From the NCBI GenBank assembly GCA_000091205.1, contig AP006497.2: DNA of 64,000 bases, one strand, 5' to 3'. The notes under the pieces were generated by a model, which had not been told where the DNA came from, did no database searches, and was given only the letters and a program-made list of their open reading frames with translations. The position numbers were made by a program, and so were the translations under genes. This DNA is from Cyanidioschyzon merolae. Lineage: Eukaryota. Shown one piece after another: positions 1 through 13,556 of the stretch (position 1 is its first letter; each line of letters opens with the position of its first letter).

Positions 1-3000
1 AAGTTCCTTGTCCGCTGCACGCGTAAAGCTTACACAGTCCCATTTGATACAGAATTTTTGGAACGCAATGTTGTCCATGATGAGAGGGGCATCAAATGGA
101 AAGTCTGGGCTCATAGTCGAGTCGTGAAAATTCGATTCGTCTACGCTCTTATCGCGCAAAGCTGAGACGCACTGTCGACTGGAACAAATGGCTGCAATGA
201 CACAGACCCGGGCCCAGGACGCTTTTCCACGCAATAAGAAGAGAAAAGTGCATCTGATAGCATACTCTGTAAGGGTGGTATGCTGCTGTCGTGTCCTGTT
301 TTTGTCAATGTGCGTGAAGAGCGGAGGGTTCGTCTTTCGCTTAGAATCATGTATTTGAGGAAAAATTTTAGTGAACTTGTGGCATGAGTTTATGACGAAA
401 TCTCCAAGAAACGGCGTCAGGCTTTTTCGTTTTCAATGCACTGGTGGTGATCGCTGCGCCAACGACGCTGCTGCAAACGGAAAGGGCGAAAACCTGAAGA
501 ATGCTTGATTTTTTTAGTGCATACTACGCGTAAGTAGACGAGAAGAGAGGTGTCTCGTTCGTACGCATCGGACAATATCATCTGTCATTTTACGAACGCT
601 TGCCCGCAGGTGTCACAAATCACCTTGGTGCAGGTGACGTTCGGAATTCCAGCTCCAAGGAGTCAAATGTGTCACTATGAAAAACTGACCGAAGATACTG
701 GGAGCATACGTAAATCGGTACGCCTTCACTGCTGCACTTCGATTTTTGAGGTTGCGCAAATGAAATAGCTCTGAAAACTATCAAAAGGCAGTAAAAGAAC
801 GAGTATATCCATGTTCCATTACAATCTGATACGCGAAAACGCGGACACATCGCTGTCAACAACTGCAGACGAGCCGAAGCACCCGGCGGGTGCATCGCTG
901 CGCGCCAAATTCCTCTGCATGCGCGTGCGGGATTTGTTCTCCCGAGCGAGTGCCTGATATCTGCCGCTGCAACGCGGTGGGACTTTCCCAGAGGGAGCTC
1001 GCTTCCTCTGGAACTGAGGCTCTCGAACCTTGAGGATCATCAGAGATCCTTGCATAGAGACCTTCTTGAATTTGAGCAGCAGATTCGTGGCGATCTGGCT
1101 GCGTTGGAGGGCGCAATGCTTGGTAAATTTCGCGCCTTGCTTGCCTTTCTGAAGAAGAGCTCCGTTGTCGGTGCTTCTAGCCAAACGGAAGCTGTCGGGG
1201 CGTCGAGAGTCCTGGCCACAATTCGACCTGCTTGAGAGATGCGGTTGGGAACGTCCGTTACTGCACGCGAAGCGCTGAAGCGCAAGCGGAAACAGCGCCA
1301 CCGAGCGGTGTGTCGACACCGTGTTTCACGTGTTCAGGCCAACTAGATCGTGATCGATATTCCCGTTGGATTTGAGAGTTTCGCCTCGCACTGGCTCGAG
1401 TGGAGCGAGCTCGTGAGGAGCTCGCGAAAAGACTGGACATGGTCGAAACCACGACCGCAAACCTAGTGCACATGGTCGAGTCAAGAGCCCGTCGTTTCGG
1501 CCCAGGTGGCCGCTTCGCGGCAAGCGGCGACGCCTGGAATGAAATATTCCAAAAGGACGGAACGAGCTCGCGCGTTCAGCTGTACCTATTGCGTATGATT
1601 GACGGTGTCGAAGAAAAAATAGCAGGTATGGTCCGCGACCAGGCAACATGCTTTCGACGACCATGAGGTGTCGACTGCAACAACCAAGATGCGATAACGA
1701 GTCACACGAAATCAGGCGCCTTCGAACGACGAAATCCTGAGACATTACAGTTTTTTACGGCAAAAATCTATTACTGCAGCGTTGTGTACGTGGTTATATC
1801 GAATAATGGAACATTACGGTCGATTAGCAATTACCGAGGAAAATTTTTCACGGCGTACGTGCAAGGCGCTTCAGACGTTCTGGATAACTGACCATACAAT
1901 TGAAATGCGTTGCTCCGTGAGAGAATCCGATGCTCGCTCCGCAGGCCAAGAATCCTTTTCACCGCACTTCTTCCGCATTGGAGCAGAATTTCCATATGGA
2001 ATACTGAACGACTCCCTCGCAAGTATGCATGACAGAAAGCCGCTGAACGATCCGGAAGCACATGACTCTTCCTGATTTTGATCGAGGCGTTTAAGCCGCG
2101 GTGTGAAAAGTGCCTGCGCACGTTTTAGCTGGTGGAATCAGACCAGAATAATCAGGTAGTTTTTGGTTTCCTTGCAATCTGACACTCATTCAGCCTACCG
2201 TACACTATATCGTAAATCCGTATCTGTTTCAAGCTCTTTTTCTGTATCTGTTTCTGTGTGCACTCGTGCCCGTGATGTGTGAATCTCACTCCAAGCTCAT
2301 CGACAAGAATCAAACAGAATCGATCCCCGCACTAGTTGTAAGCTTTCGTGTGCGGAGCCGGCATGCAACATTTGCGCGCTAAAGCACGTCCAGCGCCGCA
2401 AGATACCACCACCGAACGACGTGACATATATATATCTATCCATTTCTAACTTGCAGTGCATTTTGGTCGATGCACGCTTCTTGCATGCGCACAACTGACT
2501 CTGCTTGCGAACCAAGCACGCTCCCTTGTACTCGTGCAAAAAATCGTCCGTTTGAGTCAGTTGGACTCTACGGAGTATAAGTTTAACGCAGACCGATCTG
2601 CTCGATTCGATGCCCAGAGCGTCGAGATGGGTTCCGACCCGGCCACTCGACACGCTGGTATATCTCCTGACGTCCTGCGTACCCAGCTCTCGCTGGTACG
2701 GAGGTCTGGGAAAACTGAATGCCTGCACCAGCTTTCCTTTCAGGTCTTTGGGTTCGGCCCCTTGGTTTGGAGATGCGGCGCTGGTTTTGACGCCTTCCAA
2801 CCTGGGATCCACGCCAAACACAAACGCTTGCTTTTCGCTTACCTTGAAGGGTTGAAAATGAGTGTCGTTACTCGACTCAGGCTTTGTCCTCAAGACTTTG
2901 ACAAAGTACACGTAGACTGATATTCCGTCGGCCTCCACCGTCGCTGTGGATTGCTTTTTATATTCTCCCTGTAAAGGAGAAAGCTCCGATTCGCTCCATC

Positions 3001-5289
3001 AATGCTGCTCGACGTTGTTCGAATGCTTCATATTTGCTCTTAGAAACCGGCCGTGGCTCACCGACAACGCCATACACTGGACGAGTGTCTACGATGAGCA
3101 TACGGGCTCTGATGAAAGATATCCCAATAACGTCGCATAGACACTTCAGGAAGCCATGGAGCTGGGATTCACAGAGCAGTTGTGCCATGCTCTTGCGGGC
3201 TCTGTTCAGGAACACTTCGAAACGCAAAATCCGAGGAATGTAGGCATCCCGTTTCACCGATCGTTTGGATATCACGTCCGCCAGTTCTGGGGAAAGGCTA
3301 TCACAATGAGTTGGAACTGTACGAAGCTACCCATATTCTCGTTGAGACATCTCTTCTGAGCTCGCTACCATTTCGAACGTTCCAGGTATCAGCTCTGGAC
3401 ATGATTTAATCGACGCACCCGCGATCGTTTTCTTCAGTATTCACCTTTCTGAACCAGTAACGTGAGGCTACGATACCCACAGTGTGATCCTAATGAAGCG
3501 CTCTAGACTAAACCGCATCTCACTCCGGTTTTTGAGGTCTGCTTGATACTTTTTCAATCTGGTTCTATAGACTTTTATTCCGATCGATGCGGCACCGCGA
3601 AGACTCGGGCATGCTGGAAAGCGTTCCAGCGAATCTCGGATCCTAGTAACAGGCAGTGATGCATCTTTAGCCCCGGGAGTCAGCAGTGCTCCAACATGAA
3701 GGCTAGATCGAAAATTTCGAGGGGAATATAGACAGCTCGTCGTCCTACGTCCCGTACTCGTGCGAAAATCTGTTTGACGTGGTGCGTCCAGGCAAGGGAA
3801 ACTGGGCTAGGCTTCCTCAAGAAAGCTGCTACGCAATCCCTACTGGCGCCATCTGTAATATGTTTTGGAATATTCTCTCCAGTGATGAGATTGAATACGG
3901 AGCCATTGAAAGCGCTCTCAGACTGATTTTGCGGCGCCGACATTATTCCCTTCCAGTGAATCCTCATCGTCGTGGCTGGAGGGTCTTTCTCTTCTTTGCC
4001 GGGTGGTTTCCTCTTCTTCTCCTTCACACGGTGGAATGCCATGGATGTGATTGCGTTACTCCATATCGATTTGGTTCCCTTGAGATTCAGACACATGGGG
4101 AGAACGACCGGTACAAAGCTCGCCTTCCCTACGAATCTATCCACAGCTATCAAATTTCCTTTTGTCACTATCTCTGTTGCGAGCATGTCCACGATCTGTA
4201 GTGCTTTTTAGCGTCCCATCACGCATAAGAGCGGAGGAGTGGCACGCTGGTTCGTGGATGATACAGGGTAAAAACGACTTGAGAGAGAACCGTGGCATGG
4301 ACGCGAACGACTCCTGAATTCATCCACAAGCGCACATGCGACGTTAAACAACATCGATGACGCCCTCAACTGCAATAAACTGGAGAGAATAGGTTGAAAC
4401 GAAATATAGCTCAACGCCTGTCTCAGCTGCATGTCGTCCTTTGTGTTTTGTAAAGGAAAGCGGCCATTTCGAAAAGTGAGAAAGACTAGTGAGGCGAAAA
4501 GCCCCGAAGTGCGTCGGCGACGAGTCCAATATGTGATGATGGTATCCTTTTTAGATTTTGTACACTATCACATGATTCGAATGCCGGTTGGACTTCTATT
4601 CCAGGAGTGCTGGCTTGTTTTGTGGTGATGGACATCGGGTTGACTTCTTCCACCGTCGAGTGACAAGCAGAATATTTCTCCCGCATGAATTCTCATCGAG
4701 TGAGTCAAACACCATTCTTTGCTGTCATCAGCGTTCACATTTGAGTACGAGATCCATTCTCTGTGCTTCAACACTTGACGGTCTCCTGTGGAAGCACAAT
4801 TTTCTCTTTTATCTATCCGTATCTGTTCATTAGCGGTCGATTCTGCGGTAGAGATCCTCCATATCCTGTGCCTTCTTAGATAATAATTCCAAGAAAACGC
4901 AGTGAATAGAATGAACCAACAAGGTTAACAACATGAAGGTAGAGTTTGATTAGTTCTGTTTTGGTGTAGAGCGTTTTGGATAAGGACTACGAGATAGGTG
5001 GCTCATCTACCAGGTGCCTGAAGAATTACTGAGTTGTTCATTTCGAACCTTTCGCGCCAAAGCTGTCAATGAAAGAATAAACTGCTGCCGCGACCGTTCT
5101 CCGTATTAGATGATATATTCCTTATGTTGAGAGCATTCGATAAAAACAAAAACAAAAAGTTCATGCACGTACGGGTGTTCAAGGGACACGCTAATTTCAT
5201 AGTCCTTCAACTCAGGATTTTTCACGCCCGCAGCAGTGCATAGCAGGAGATCGAAATCACGATACAATGTATTCTATAGACCATTGATC

Positions 5290-6470
5290 ACTTGCCTGTA
5301 AGATATATACTCCTTACAGAACAGTGCCTGGAGGACTCCATTCCTCATTCATCTCAGGCATATCACAGTACTCAGATGAACGAGAAACACTCAAAGAAAC
5401 AAGAACAAGGGCTTCGCGTCGAAAACCGGTATTCTTAACAGGTGCTTGCGGTCAATGGTAGAAAACGACCCCTTGATCATATATTCCTGAAGGCAAAAGC
5501 GATGATAGTTGCCAGGATGGGCGTCTCTGTTTCTCAACAGCTTGTTCGTTTGGCCCTGAAAACACTTGGATACACTCGCGAAAAAGATCCCTATTTCACG
5601 CACAGCCATCGTCCACCAAAGTCGCGACGACAGCGTTCCCGGAACTTCGTTATCCATATGAAGCAGCGGGACGTCAATTCATCCTCGTCGCCGAGACTTG
5701 CTTCAGACGATACGGGTGGAGCGTATATGGGTATTCGAGGAGCAGGGCGGCCGTTGATAATACGGCCGAACTCGTGGAGACCGAGGACGTTATCAACTGT
5801 TCTGGCTGCAGTGGATTTACATGGCGGCCCCAGTTTCGCTCGTTGAGAAGCCTCATGCAATAGCACCAGCTTCGCCTTATCATTGACGACTTTTCCATGA
5901 CGTGTAGCGACGTCATTCTACTGGACGACATAGCATTTGGCCATTCCCATCGCGTTCGATTTTTTGGAGATCCTGTCCGGGTAGAGCTGCTCTTCAGTAG
6001 TCCGTTCTCTATGTGGTTCAAACGCATCGAAGAATGGTTTATTCTACTGAAACGTAATGGTCGCTCAACTCGTCGATTCGCTGAAGCGCTCAGTTCGGAG
6101 ACATCGGGACACATTTTTGTCTTTTTCCCGCAAGTGCTTTTCCCTCCGGGAAGGTCCTTACCTAAGGGCATCAAGAATTATGTTCATTTCAAAATGCTAT
6201 GGGATGAGTTGGGGTGTACACTTCAGAAGTTCGATATCGAGAAAAGCCAGCGGAACGCTTCGGCTATTGAAAAGTATGGAGAGCTGACCGAGCCGCAAAT
6301 GGCACCGAGGACACGAGTTCGAGGACTCTTTGCATTGGCAAGTTTAAGCGGCGTCATGAAAAGAATTAAATTCGTACGTCGAGACCAGAACGCCGCCATC
6401 AATATCGGGAGATGTCCTGTGCTGAACACGAGACCCGAGGAGCTGAGGCGAGACAACCTTGTGGGGTAGC
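5290..6470 (+). mobile_element. Decayed composite element: Tc1/mariner(IS630)-like DDE transposase remnant (about 5290-6060) followed by a Fanzor/TnpB-type RuvC-III module (about 6170-6470; RRDQNAAINI at 6377-6406)
   Basis: ORF 5442..5846 has an HTH-like N-terminus and a DETGF-like first catalytic region (LASDDTGGAYMGIRGAGRPL). The next frame (from 5897) has the third catalytic region (VILLDDIAFGHS) and the DDE_3 tail ELLFSSPFSMWFKRIEEWFILLKRN (compare FIPPYAPWLNRIDGVFSIVKRN at 30.9 kb). The 3' part (KSQRNASAIEKYGELTEPQMAPRTRVRGLFALASLSGVMKRIKFVRRDQNAAINIGRC) is homologous to the C-termini of the other Fanzor-like copies. Frameshifted, so non-functional. Confidence 0.5.
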
Positions 6471-7245
6471 CTCTCGGGCTCGAGTTGTACAAGGAAAAGC
6501 TGAAACTGATAGAAAGAGGCTCGTCAAAAAGGGATGGGAGGCATCTGCACAGGAGTTTTCATTTACTCTTCTTGGGCGTTGGACATAGTTTTGATTCACT
6601 GGCGATGATATGTCTAGTATAACTCTTTCGCTACACGCATGTTCCGAGAATTTCCGCGAATCCGGTTTTGTCCGTGATCAATTTTATGGGATCAAAATAC
6701 ATTGGTCAGATAAGAGAGCTTTTAGTTGGCTGCTAATGCTGAAGGTTCATTTGATCTCTTGAATGCAGCAGATTAGATGCTTATTTCATAAAACCTCTGC
6801 TGTAGATCTTAATTTCGGTGGGTTCTTGCGATGGAAATAGTGGAGTATGTTGTATCGAAACGGTATCCGCGGAGTGCCCAGTTGAAAGCTCGACGCTTGA
6901 TGGTAAGTTTTCGACGCTTTGAATTCGGCAGCTAGGGTCGTGAAAGAGTTTGTGCTGGAGAGAAAGCGCGCATATTCAGCGGAATGCAACGAGGCACAAA
7001 ACGCCCAGAGCCGACCATTGCAGAGATCGGAGGCAACTGAGCGTGAACGTGTTTATTCCACAAGCGCCTCTGTACTACAGCCTCAGGTGAGCGCTCGCTG
7101 AATTGCTCACTGGCGGCAGCATCTCATCGTATTTAGATGCCGTTGGATCGCAAGCGGGTCGCAGCGCCAGAATTGACTCCCAGAACGACGCCCAACTTGA
7201 GAACCTCATTTTGATTCAAGTTCAACACGGAAACTTTATGTACGG

Positions 7246-8865
7246 CTATGGAATGAGTTTCTTCTCTTTGCCTACTTTTGCGAAAGCGGCAACGCACTGC
7301 TCGATATCATCAGTGGAGTGGGCCGCTGAGATCTGGACCCGAATACGCGCCTTGTCCCGCGGCACCACGGGGTATGAAAATCCAACGACGTAAATACCCT
7401 CCTCAAGAAGAGCCTTGGCCATGTCGGCTGCTATTTGGGCATCTCCGATCATGACAGGTACTATAGGATGCCACTCGCCGCCCAGACGAAAACCTGCGGC
7501 GCCCATTTTCGTACGAAAGAGTCGAGTATTTCTGGCGAGTCGAGCACGTAATTCAGAGGCTTCCAAGGCCTCAGCGCCACCTGTTTCCGTCGTACTGGCT
7601 CCGGTTCCATCACTGCGAGCAGTGTCCGCACCAGAAGCCGGCGATCGCTTGCGCATTAGCATATCAAAGACGGTCAAACTGCCGGCTACAATAGATGGCG
7701 GCAATGCATTGCTGAAGAGGTACGGCCGGCTGCGTTGTCGCAGAATCTCAATGATCTCCTTCCGGCCAGTGGTGTAACCGCCCGCGCCGCCACCGAGCGC
7801 CTTTCCTAATGTGGATGTAACGATATCAACTCGATCCATGACGCCGCATAGCTCTGGAGTCCCGCGTCCTTTTGCACCGACAAAGCCAGTCGCATGGCAG
7901 TCGTCGACCATGACGATCGCGTCGTATTGGTCCGCGAGGAAGCAAATCTGCTCCAGAGGCGCGACATCGCCGTCCATACTGAAAACACCGTCGGTTGCTA
8001 TGAGCTTATGGCGCGCACCTTCCTGATTCGCTTTCTCCAGTTGACGCTCGAGGTCCTCCATGTCGAGGTGGCGATAACGATAACGCCGAGCTTTGCACAG
8101 GCGAACGCCATCAATGATGCTCGCGTGATTCAGCTCATCACTTAAAATCGCATCCTCCGGGCCCAGCAATACTTCGAAAAGCCCCTCGTTCGCGCCGAAA
8201 CAAGAATGATAGAGTATCGTGTCCTCAGTATCGTGGAACGTTGAGATTTTCCGCTCAAGTTCTTTGTGTACATCTTGTGTTCCGCAGATGAAACGCACCG
8301 AGGCAACACCAAAACCGTGGCTATCCAGTGCATCACGAGCAGACTGTTTGATTTCGGGATGATTCGCCAAACCGAGGTAGTTGTTGGCGCAAAAGTTCAA
8401 CACTTTGCGCGGCTTGTTGTTGGTCTCCGGACTCTCCACAACCACGTCTGCGGCTTGAGGGGAGAGAATGCGTCTCTCCGACTTGTAAAGCCCAGCGGAG
8501 CGAATGCCGTCCAGCTCTTGGTGAATCCACTGATATAGGCCGGTGTCGCGCCACTTTCTCCGCCGTGCTTCCGTGCTCTGCTCAGGCGTCGCCGCCAGGT
8601 GTCGCCGAGTTTGCCAGCCCCATAAACACGACGTGCGCTCGCTGTTTCTTGTGAACACCCCAGGAGAAGGCGCTCCGCTGTACCGTCTTACAAATGATCT
8701 TCCATACGAAAAACAATGGAGAAAGTTTCTTCCCATATCGTGTGCAACTAGTTCCAAAGCCGAGGAGGATGCGAATGCAGGTCGATGCAGACCCCCATTT
8801 GCCCTCAGCGAATGCATCGCTGAGCACACGACGATGCGCCCCGCTGCGCAACGGATGGGCCGCAT
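7246..8865 (-). CDS. GCAT: Glycine C-acetyltransferase / 2-amino-3-ketobutyrate CoA ligase (KBL, class-II aminotransferase, PLP-dependent), with N-terminal presequence-like extension
   Basis: Single 539-aa ORF with hallmark KBL/AONS-family motifs: [54 protein letters not shown]. About 90 N-terminal residues lack homology and look like a targeting peptide; the true start may be an internal Met. Confidence 0.85.
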   Translation of the reverse strand: MRPIRCAAGRIVVCSAMHSLRANGGLHRPAFASSSALELVAHDMGRNFLHCFSYGRSFVRRYSGAPSPGVFTRNSERTSCLWGWQTRRHLAATPEQSTEARRRKWRDTGLYQWIHQELDGIRSAGLYKSERRILSPQAADVVVESPETNNKPRKVLNFCANNYLGLANHPEIKQSARDALDSHGFGVASVRFICGTQDVHKELERKISTFHDTEDTILYHSCFGANEGLFEVLLGPEDAILSDELNHASIIDGVRLCKARRYRYRHLDMEDLERQLEKANQEGARHKLIATDGVFSMDGDVAPLEQICFLADQYDAIVMVDDCHATGFVGAKGRGTPELCGVMDRVDIVTSTLGKALGGGAGGYTTGRKEIIEILRQRSRPYLFSNALPPSIVAGSLTVFDMLMRKRSPASGADTARSDGTGASTTETGGAEALEASELRARLARNTRLFRTKMGAAGFRLGGEWHPIVPVMIGDAQIAADMAKALLEEGIYVVGFSYPVVPRDKARIRVQISAAHSTDDIEQCVAAFAKVGKEKKLIP

Positions 8866-10321
8866 TCATCGCCGTTCCGTCTCTGCCAGATGCAATTGGA
8901 AGAGTGAATAGCTCGAGCTGTTCCTGCTTTTTCATTCTTCCGAACTTTTTTACACATGCAGCATTGACGTTCAGATTGCATGAACGAGCGGTACATGATT
9001 CTTACGTACTTGTAGGATTCTCGGTCTTTTTTTAGATTTTGTTCTTACGAGACGTTGCGGCGGGAATTCGTTCTGCCACTGAAACCATGGTGATTCGCAA
9101 CGTCATCAACGAACAGATCGTAAAACAATCTATATCATTCTATAATGCGTACGCGGGAATCGCCAGACTTTCAAGTTCTTTACATGCAGCATGTTCAGAT
9201 CACGCATGCATCACCGTTTCGATCTTACTATTTCATGGCAACCCGTGAGCGCTGCAATTTGGGCGGATAGATTGACGAGGAAAACAACACCTCGTCGTCC
9301 CCCTGATGACTCGTTCACAAGTTCATGCCTAGAGTTCAATGAACTTGTCGCGTCTAATAGTCGATCCGTTTGCAGAGACAAAGACTCTTCTCTCTTGGGC
9401 AGTCGAGAAAACCAGAATCCGCAGCAGCATAATACCTCTCACGAGATATGCTTCCAGAGGCTTCCATCTCTTCTCTTTGCATAAAAAAGGTATTGGAGTC
9501 GGACTTGAGTTATCGCAGCGATCACTTCCAGTGCGGAATGCTTTGCCGCTCTGCGCGAAGGTAGCATACAGACACCGAAATTTCTCGACTTGTTCTCACG
9601 CCAGAATTTACCTTCCAGTACATGTTTCATCATGGGCAACCTCGCGTTCTGCATGTCCTCTATCGAGTGCAACAGCGTACACTTGCGCGTCCAGCATACA
9701 GAGTGCTAGACGATAGGATCGGCCAAGGCAAGCCCCCCATATAGGAGCGCTTCAAAGAAGGCGGATACGGAGTGACGCGCGGACAGGAGCCTTCTGTACC
9801 TGCCATTGGCATGCAACGAGCGTTGAAGCAAGCGTTCACGCGTTGTAGGACGGCGCTCGGAGTGCGATACCGTGTGCTGGATACCTTTTTGCTCCTGACA
9901 ACACTCAAATGTCAGCGGTACGAACTGCACACCGAGGCTGTCTGCAAACAAGATGAAAATGGCTAGCGAAGCATAGATGACAACTTCCATCGATGCATGA
10001 AATACATCAACAATAGCCAGAATCAGAGAAATCGGGATTTGCATGATTTCTTGACCATTCTTCGATAGCTGACAGCGGAGCTGGAGGGCAAGGAGAGATC
10101 AGCGTACTCAAAGCCGGAGACAAGATGGCGGAAATGGAAGACGTCAAAGATAGAGCCTGCAAAAGCTTGTGTTGATGGCAGTGTGAACTGACCCAAATCG
10201 TAATGTGCGCGTTCGCGTTCATCTAGTAGACCTATTCCATTTTTTATTCTGACATGGGTGGACGCTCGCGAACAGGCGGATCACTGCACAACAGCTGATC
10301 TCAACAAAACGGAGAATTGCA

Positions 10322-10490
10322 GAAGAATCCACATACACTCTTGTCTTGGGACGTATAGTCTCTGATCTCTGCCCTATCAAGTGGCACCAGAGGTTGTAGC
10401 GCATGCAAATCCACATACACTCTTGTCTCGGGATGTATAGTCTCTGGTCTCTGACCTATCAAGTGGCACCAGAGGTCGTAGCGCATGCAA
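10322..10490. repeat. Tandem repeat, about 84-bp unit x2
   Basis: The unit 'atccacatacactcttgtct.gggacgtatagtctctg.tctctg.cctatcaagtggcaccagaggt.gtagcgcatgcaa' occurs twice in direct succession. Confidence 0.8.
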
Positions 10491-10857
10491 GGCGCACTCA
10501 CAATCCGGCCGCTCCCGCTGTCGGCAATCATGAGTACCACGTCGCTTTGATACAAAACCAGGTGGCGCTGCGTCACAGCATCTTCGTACGCGGGCACCTC
10601 ACATCTGAGGCTCAAACAAAATAATCAATAATCGGGATTCTGCGCCAGCGTCTCAGAGCCTTGTCTTTGTGCACCTAAGGGCGCGCGCAGCGGCAGACTG
10701 TCATGGATGGGATACCAGCATCCGTACGGAAAACACGTCTCCGGCGACTGCGTGATTGGAACGCTACTCCGTGAGCCGGCTCACGCCCGAACTGGTGCTG
10801 CTGCCGACAAGCAGCTCAGCCATCGAAACAACGAATCTGTTTTCCATCTGGACAACA

Positions 10858-13392
10858 TCAGTTCCTTTCGAGTAAACGATGCGCGAACATCTCATCAACC
10901 CGTTCATATTTGCAGAAAGACGCTTCGAAGGAGGCACGTCCACCAGTCAAGCTGCGGAGCGCGTTCGCATAGCCGATCAGACCCTCGAGCGGTACGAGCG
11001 CCTCGACCACAGAGCCGCTTGCATCTGTGCCGAGCACCTGCCCGCGGCGTTGCGGGGACGTCAGGTCCCGAATCACGACGCCATACAAATGCTGCTTATC
11101 GACGCTCGTGTCGGAACGCGTAGGCTCGTCGGGCTCGCTTGCAAGCTCTCCAACTGCATCCAGTCGTACCTCAACTCTCATGACAGGCTCGACGAGTGCG
11201 ACTGTTGATCGACCGAGTGCATCGTGGACAGCATCCACAGCACAAGCTCGGAGCGCGGTTTCCACTGGATTTTCCGCAGAAATCTGATGAATGACTGCCC
11301 TGACCCCAACGACAGGGAGACCTGCTCGAGGGCCGCGCTGGAGCGCCGCTCGCGCACCGTCCGTGATAGCGTCCCGAATTGACGCTGGGATTTCGCGACT
11401 TGAAGGCGCGAGACCCTCTTGTGGCGACGCGCCCCTGAACACGAGGTTGGGGCACAGACACACCTCGCGTTCAAGTCGAATTCCATCATTGCTCTCGTTT
11501 CGAGGCAGTGGGTGCAACGTCACACGCATCGATGCTCGTAAACGAGTCGCGCCCACAGTACGGTCCATTGTGGAAAGCGGCATCTGATCGTGGCTCTTCA
11601 GCGTGCACTGGACGCTGTTCACAGCGGATACGCACCCAGCACCAGGCTCAGCGACCGTTTCAAAGAGCGCCACTCGCGGCGCACTCGCATGGAGGTCCTT
11701 TATTCCGAACTCCCTCTCGAGCCTTTTGCAGGCAATATCAAGGTGAAGCTCACCCATGCCGCTTAAAAGCAACTCTCCCGTGCGTTCATCTTCGTGAAAG
11801 CGAAGACTTGGGTCATCAAGTACCAGAACCTGCAGCGCGGCAATCAGTGCCTCCTGCGCTGAGCGCTGGTATCCCGTGTCACGCGCTAGCGCGACGCTAA
11901 ACATAGGCTCTGGTACCGGCACTGGCGGGAGACGCACCACACTGATGGGATCGGCATCTGACGAGACCAATGTGTCACCGGTGCGGACCCTTTTCAGACC
12001 GCTCAACGCATAGATACCTCCTGTTTGCACGTGCTGGATAGGCATGAAGTGGTCTGCGTGCACGCGGAAGACGCCTGTCACGCGTTCCTGTACGGCATCA
12101 TGCCATTTGACTCTGTCTGTCGAGAGAATTTTCAGGACAGACCCCGTCTGCAGGCACGCTGTGGCTCCCGCGGAAAACACGCGGACAAATGTAAGTGGTC
12201 CGCGGTGCAGATCCTGCTGAACCTTGAATGCGTACGCTACTAAAGCGTCTTTCGAATTCATGGCGATCTTCCGAGTCGACCCCCCATCGAGCGCCTCCCC
12301 CAGTCTCGCCGGACGCTCCTCCGGCGAGGGAAGCAGCTCCTCGACCGCATCCAACAAGGGTTGAATGCCCATACCACGTAACGCTGACCCGCAAAATACC
12401 GGCACAACGTGGCGTTCCAGCGTGGCACTACGAAGCGCACGGCTCAAGTCGTCGTCGTGGACGGGCTTACCGTCCAGATACTGTGTACACAAGCGATCAT
12501 CATATTCTGCTAAAGTCTCGACAAGTGCCTCTCGTAGATCTGTTGCGAGCTTCGACCAGGTCAGCGGGGTGTTTCGATTCACTGTCAGAAGCGGCTGGAC
12601 GGATGCTTCCGCATCCATCGCAATGCGCTCAACTGCTTCGCCGTGCGATCCGGTGAAAAGCAGCATATGGTTGGTGGCCCTCAAATCCACGATCCCTACA
12701 TGTCCGTTCCATGCTACCGGCGCTGTCAACAATACTGGTCGTCCGCCCAGGGAAGTGCGAATTTGCTGCAGACACCGAGACACATCCGCCTCTTTTCGAT
12801 CGCACTTGTTCAAGAAAATAAGCCTTGGCAGCCCGTATCGATTCGTCTGTCTCCAAACTGTGGCAGTTTGCGCCTGAATCCCCGCGATTGCGTCGACGAG
12901 CACCACAGCGCCATCCATGACGCTTAGAGAGCGCTCCACCTCGAAGGTGAAGTCCACGTGACCAGGCGTGTCGACGATGTTGATGAGTACAGCGGACTTG
13001 CGATCCTTGGGTTGCGGGAACGGCGGCCACGTTACACTGGTAGCTGCAGCTTGGATCGTAATCCCCCGCTGGCGCTCTTCCCACAGGTAGTCCATGACAG
13101 TGTCGCCGTGATCAACGTTTCCGACCCGCCGCGAAACTCCCGCATAGTACAAGATCTTCTCCGTCAAGGTCGTTTTCCCTGCATCAACATGCGCGACTAT
13201 CCCTATATTTCGTATAGAGTTCGGGCGTACCTCAGTCTCTGAAACGGAGGATGCAGCCTCACTCCAGAAGCGCCACTGGCTGTGGCGTTGTCGAAACGGT
13301 GCACACTTTTTCGTTATTCGAACTGGATTCAAGGGCAACCAGCTTCTAAAACTCGCCCAGAACGTGAAAGTTCCCTGTCTCAGCAAGCCCAT
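10858..13392 (-). CDS. Translation elongation factor G family GTPase, mitochondrial type (EF-G1mt or EF-G2mt/RRF2mt-like)
   Basis: 844-aa ORF with G1-G5 GTPase motifs (NIGIVAHVDAGKTTLTEKILYYAG, DTPGHVDF, NKCDR) followed by EF-G domains II-V. The N-terminal 70 aa are basic and presequence-like. Confidence 0.85.
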   Translation of the reverse strand: MGLLRQGTFTFWASFRSWLPLNPVRITKKCAPFRQRHSQWRFWSEAASSVSETEVRPNSIRNIGIVAHVDAGKTTLTEKILYYAGVSRRVGNVDHGDTVMDYLWEERQRGITIQAAATSVTWPPFPQPKDRKSAVLINIVDTPGHVDFTFEVERSLSVMDGAVVLVDAIAGIQAQTATVWRQTNRYGLPRLIFLNKCDRKEADVSRCLQQIRTSLGGRPVLLTAPVAWNGHVGIVDLRATNHMLLFTGSHGEAVERIAMDAEASVQPLLTVNRNTPLTWSKLATDLREALVETLAEYDDRLCTQYLDGKPVHDDDLSRALRSATLERHVVPVFCGSALRGMGIQPLLDAVEELLPSPEERPARLGEALDGGSTRKIAMNSKDALVAYAFKVQQDLHRGPLTFVRVFSAGATACLQTGSVLKILSTDRVKWHDAVQERVTGVFRVHADHFMPIQHVQTGGIYALSGLKRVRTGDTLVSSDADPISVVRLPPVPVPEPMFSVALARDTGYQRSAQEALIAALQVLVLDDPSLRFHEDERTGELLLSGMGELHLDIACKRLEREFGIKDLHASAPRVALFETVAEPGAGCVSAVNSVQCTLKSHDQMPLSTMDRTVGATRLRASMRVTLHPLPRNESNDGIRLEREVCLCPNLVFRGASPQEGLAPSSREIPASIRDAITDGARAALQRGPRAGLPVVGVRAVIHQISAENPVETALRACAVDAVHDALGRSTVALVEPVMRVEVRLDAVGELASEPDEPTRSDTSVDKQHLYGVVIRDLTSPQRRGQVLGTDASGSVVEALVPLEGLIGYANALRSLTGGRASFEASFCKYERVDEMFAHRLLERN

Positions 13393-13556
13393 ATGGAGCG
13401 TTTATGGGCAGCGAGCCTCATGCGGTTCCCAGACTTGCGCTTCGACAACGTCGACTACCCGTAAAAAGAAACGTAGCTGCTGTCTGCAGCACGCCCGCAT
13501 TTCGCCTTGTAGTCTCTCGACTGGGCTCTTTTGGTTGCCGGCTCTGTGGGTTATGG
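13393..13556. promoter_or_regulatory. Putative bidirectional promoter region between divergent EF-G (-) and ferredoxin (+) genes
   Basis: Head-to-head gene pair. Only about 165 bp separate the EF-G start codon (13392) from the most plausible ferredoxin ATG (13557). No specific motif identified. Confidence 0.3.

Noticed and set aside
3680-4192. 170-aa ORF (-) in the gene-poor first 5 kb, considered as a possible transposase remnant
   Set aside because: I could not recognise DDE, HTH or other motifs. It is left unannotated; the region 1-5300 has no supportable features.
10301-10615. ORF with a nucleotide-binding-like 'MIADSGSG' peptide
   Set aside because: It lies across the 84-bp tandem repeat and is duplicated because of it, with no supporting motif context.
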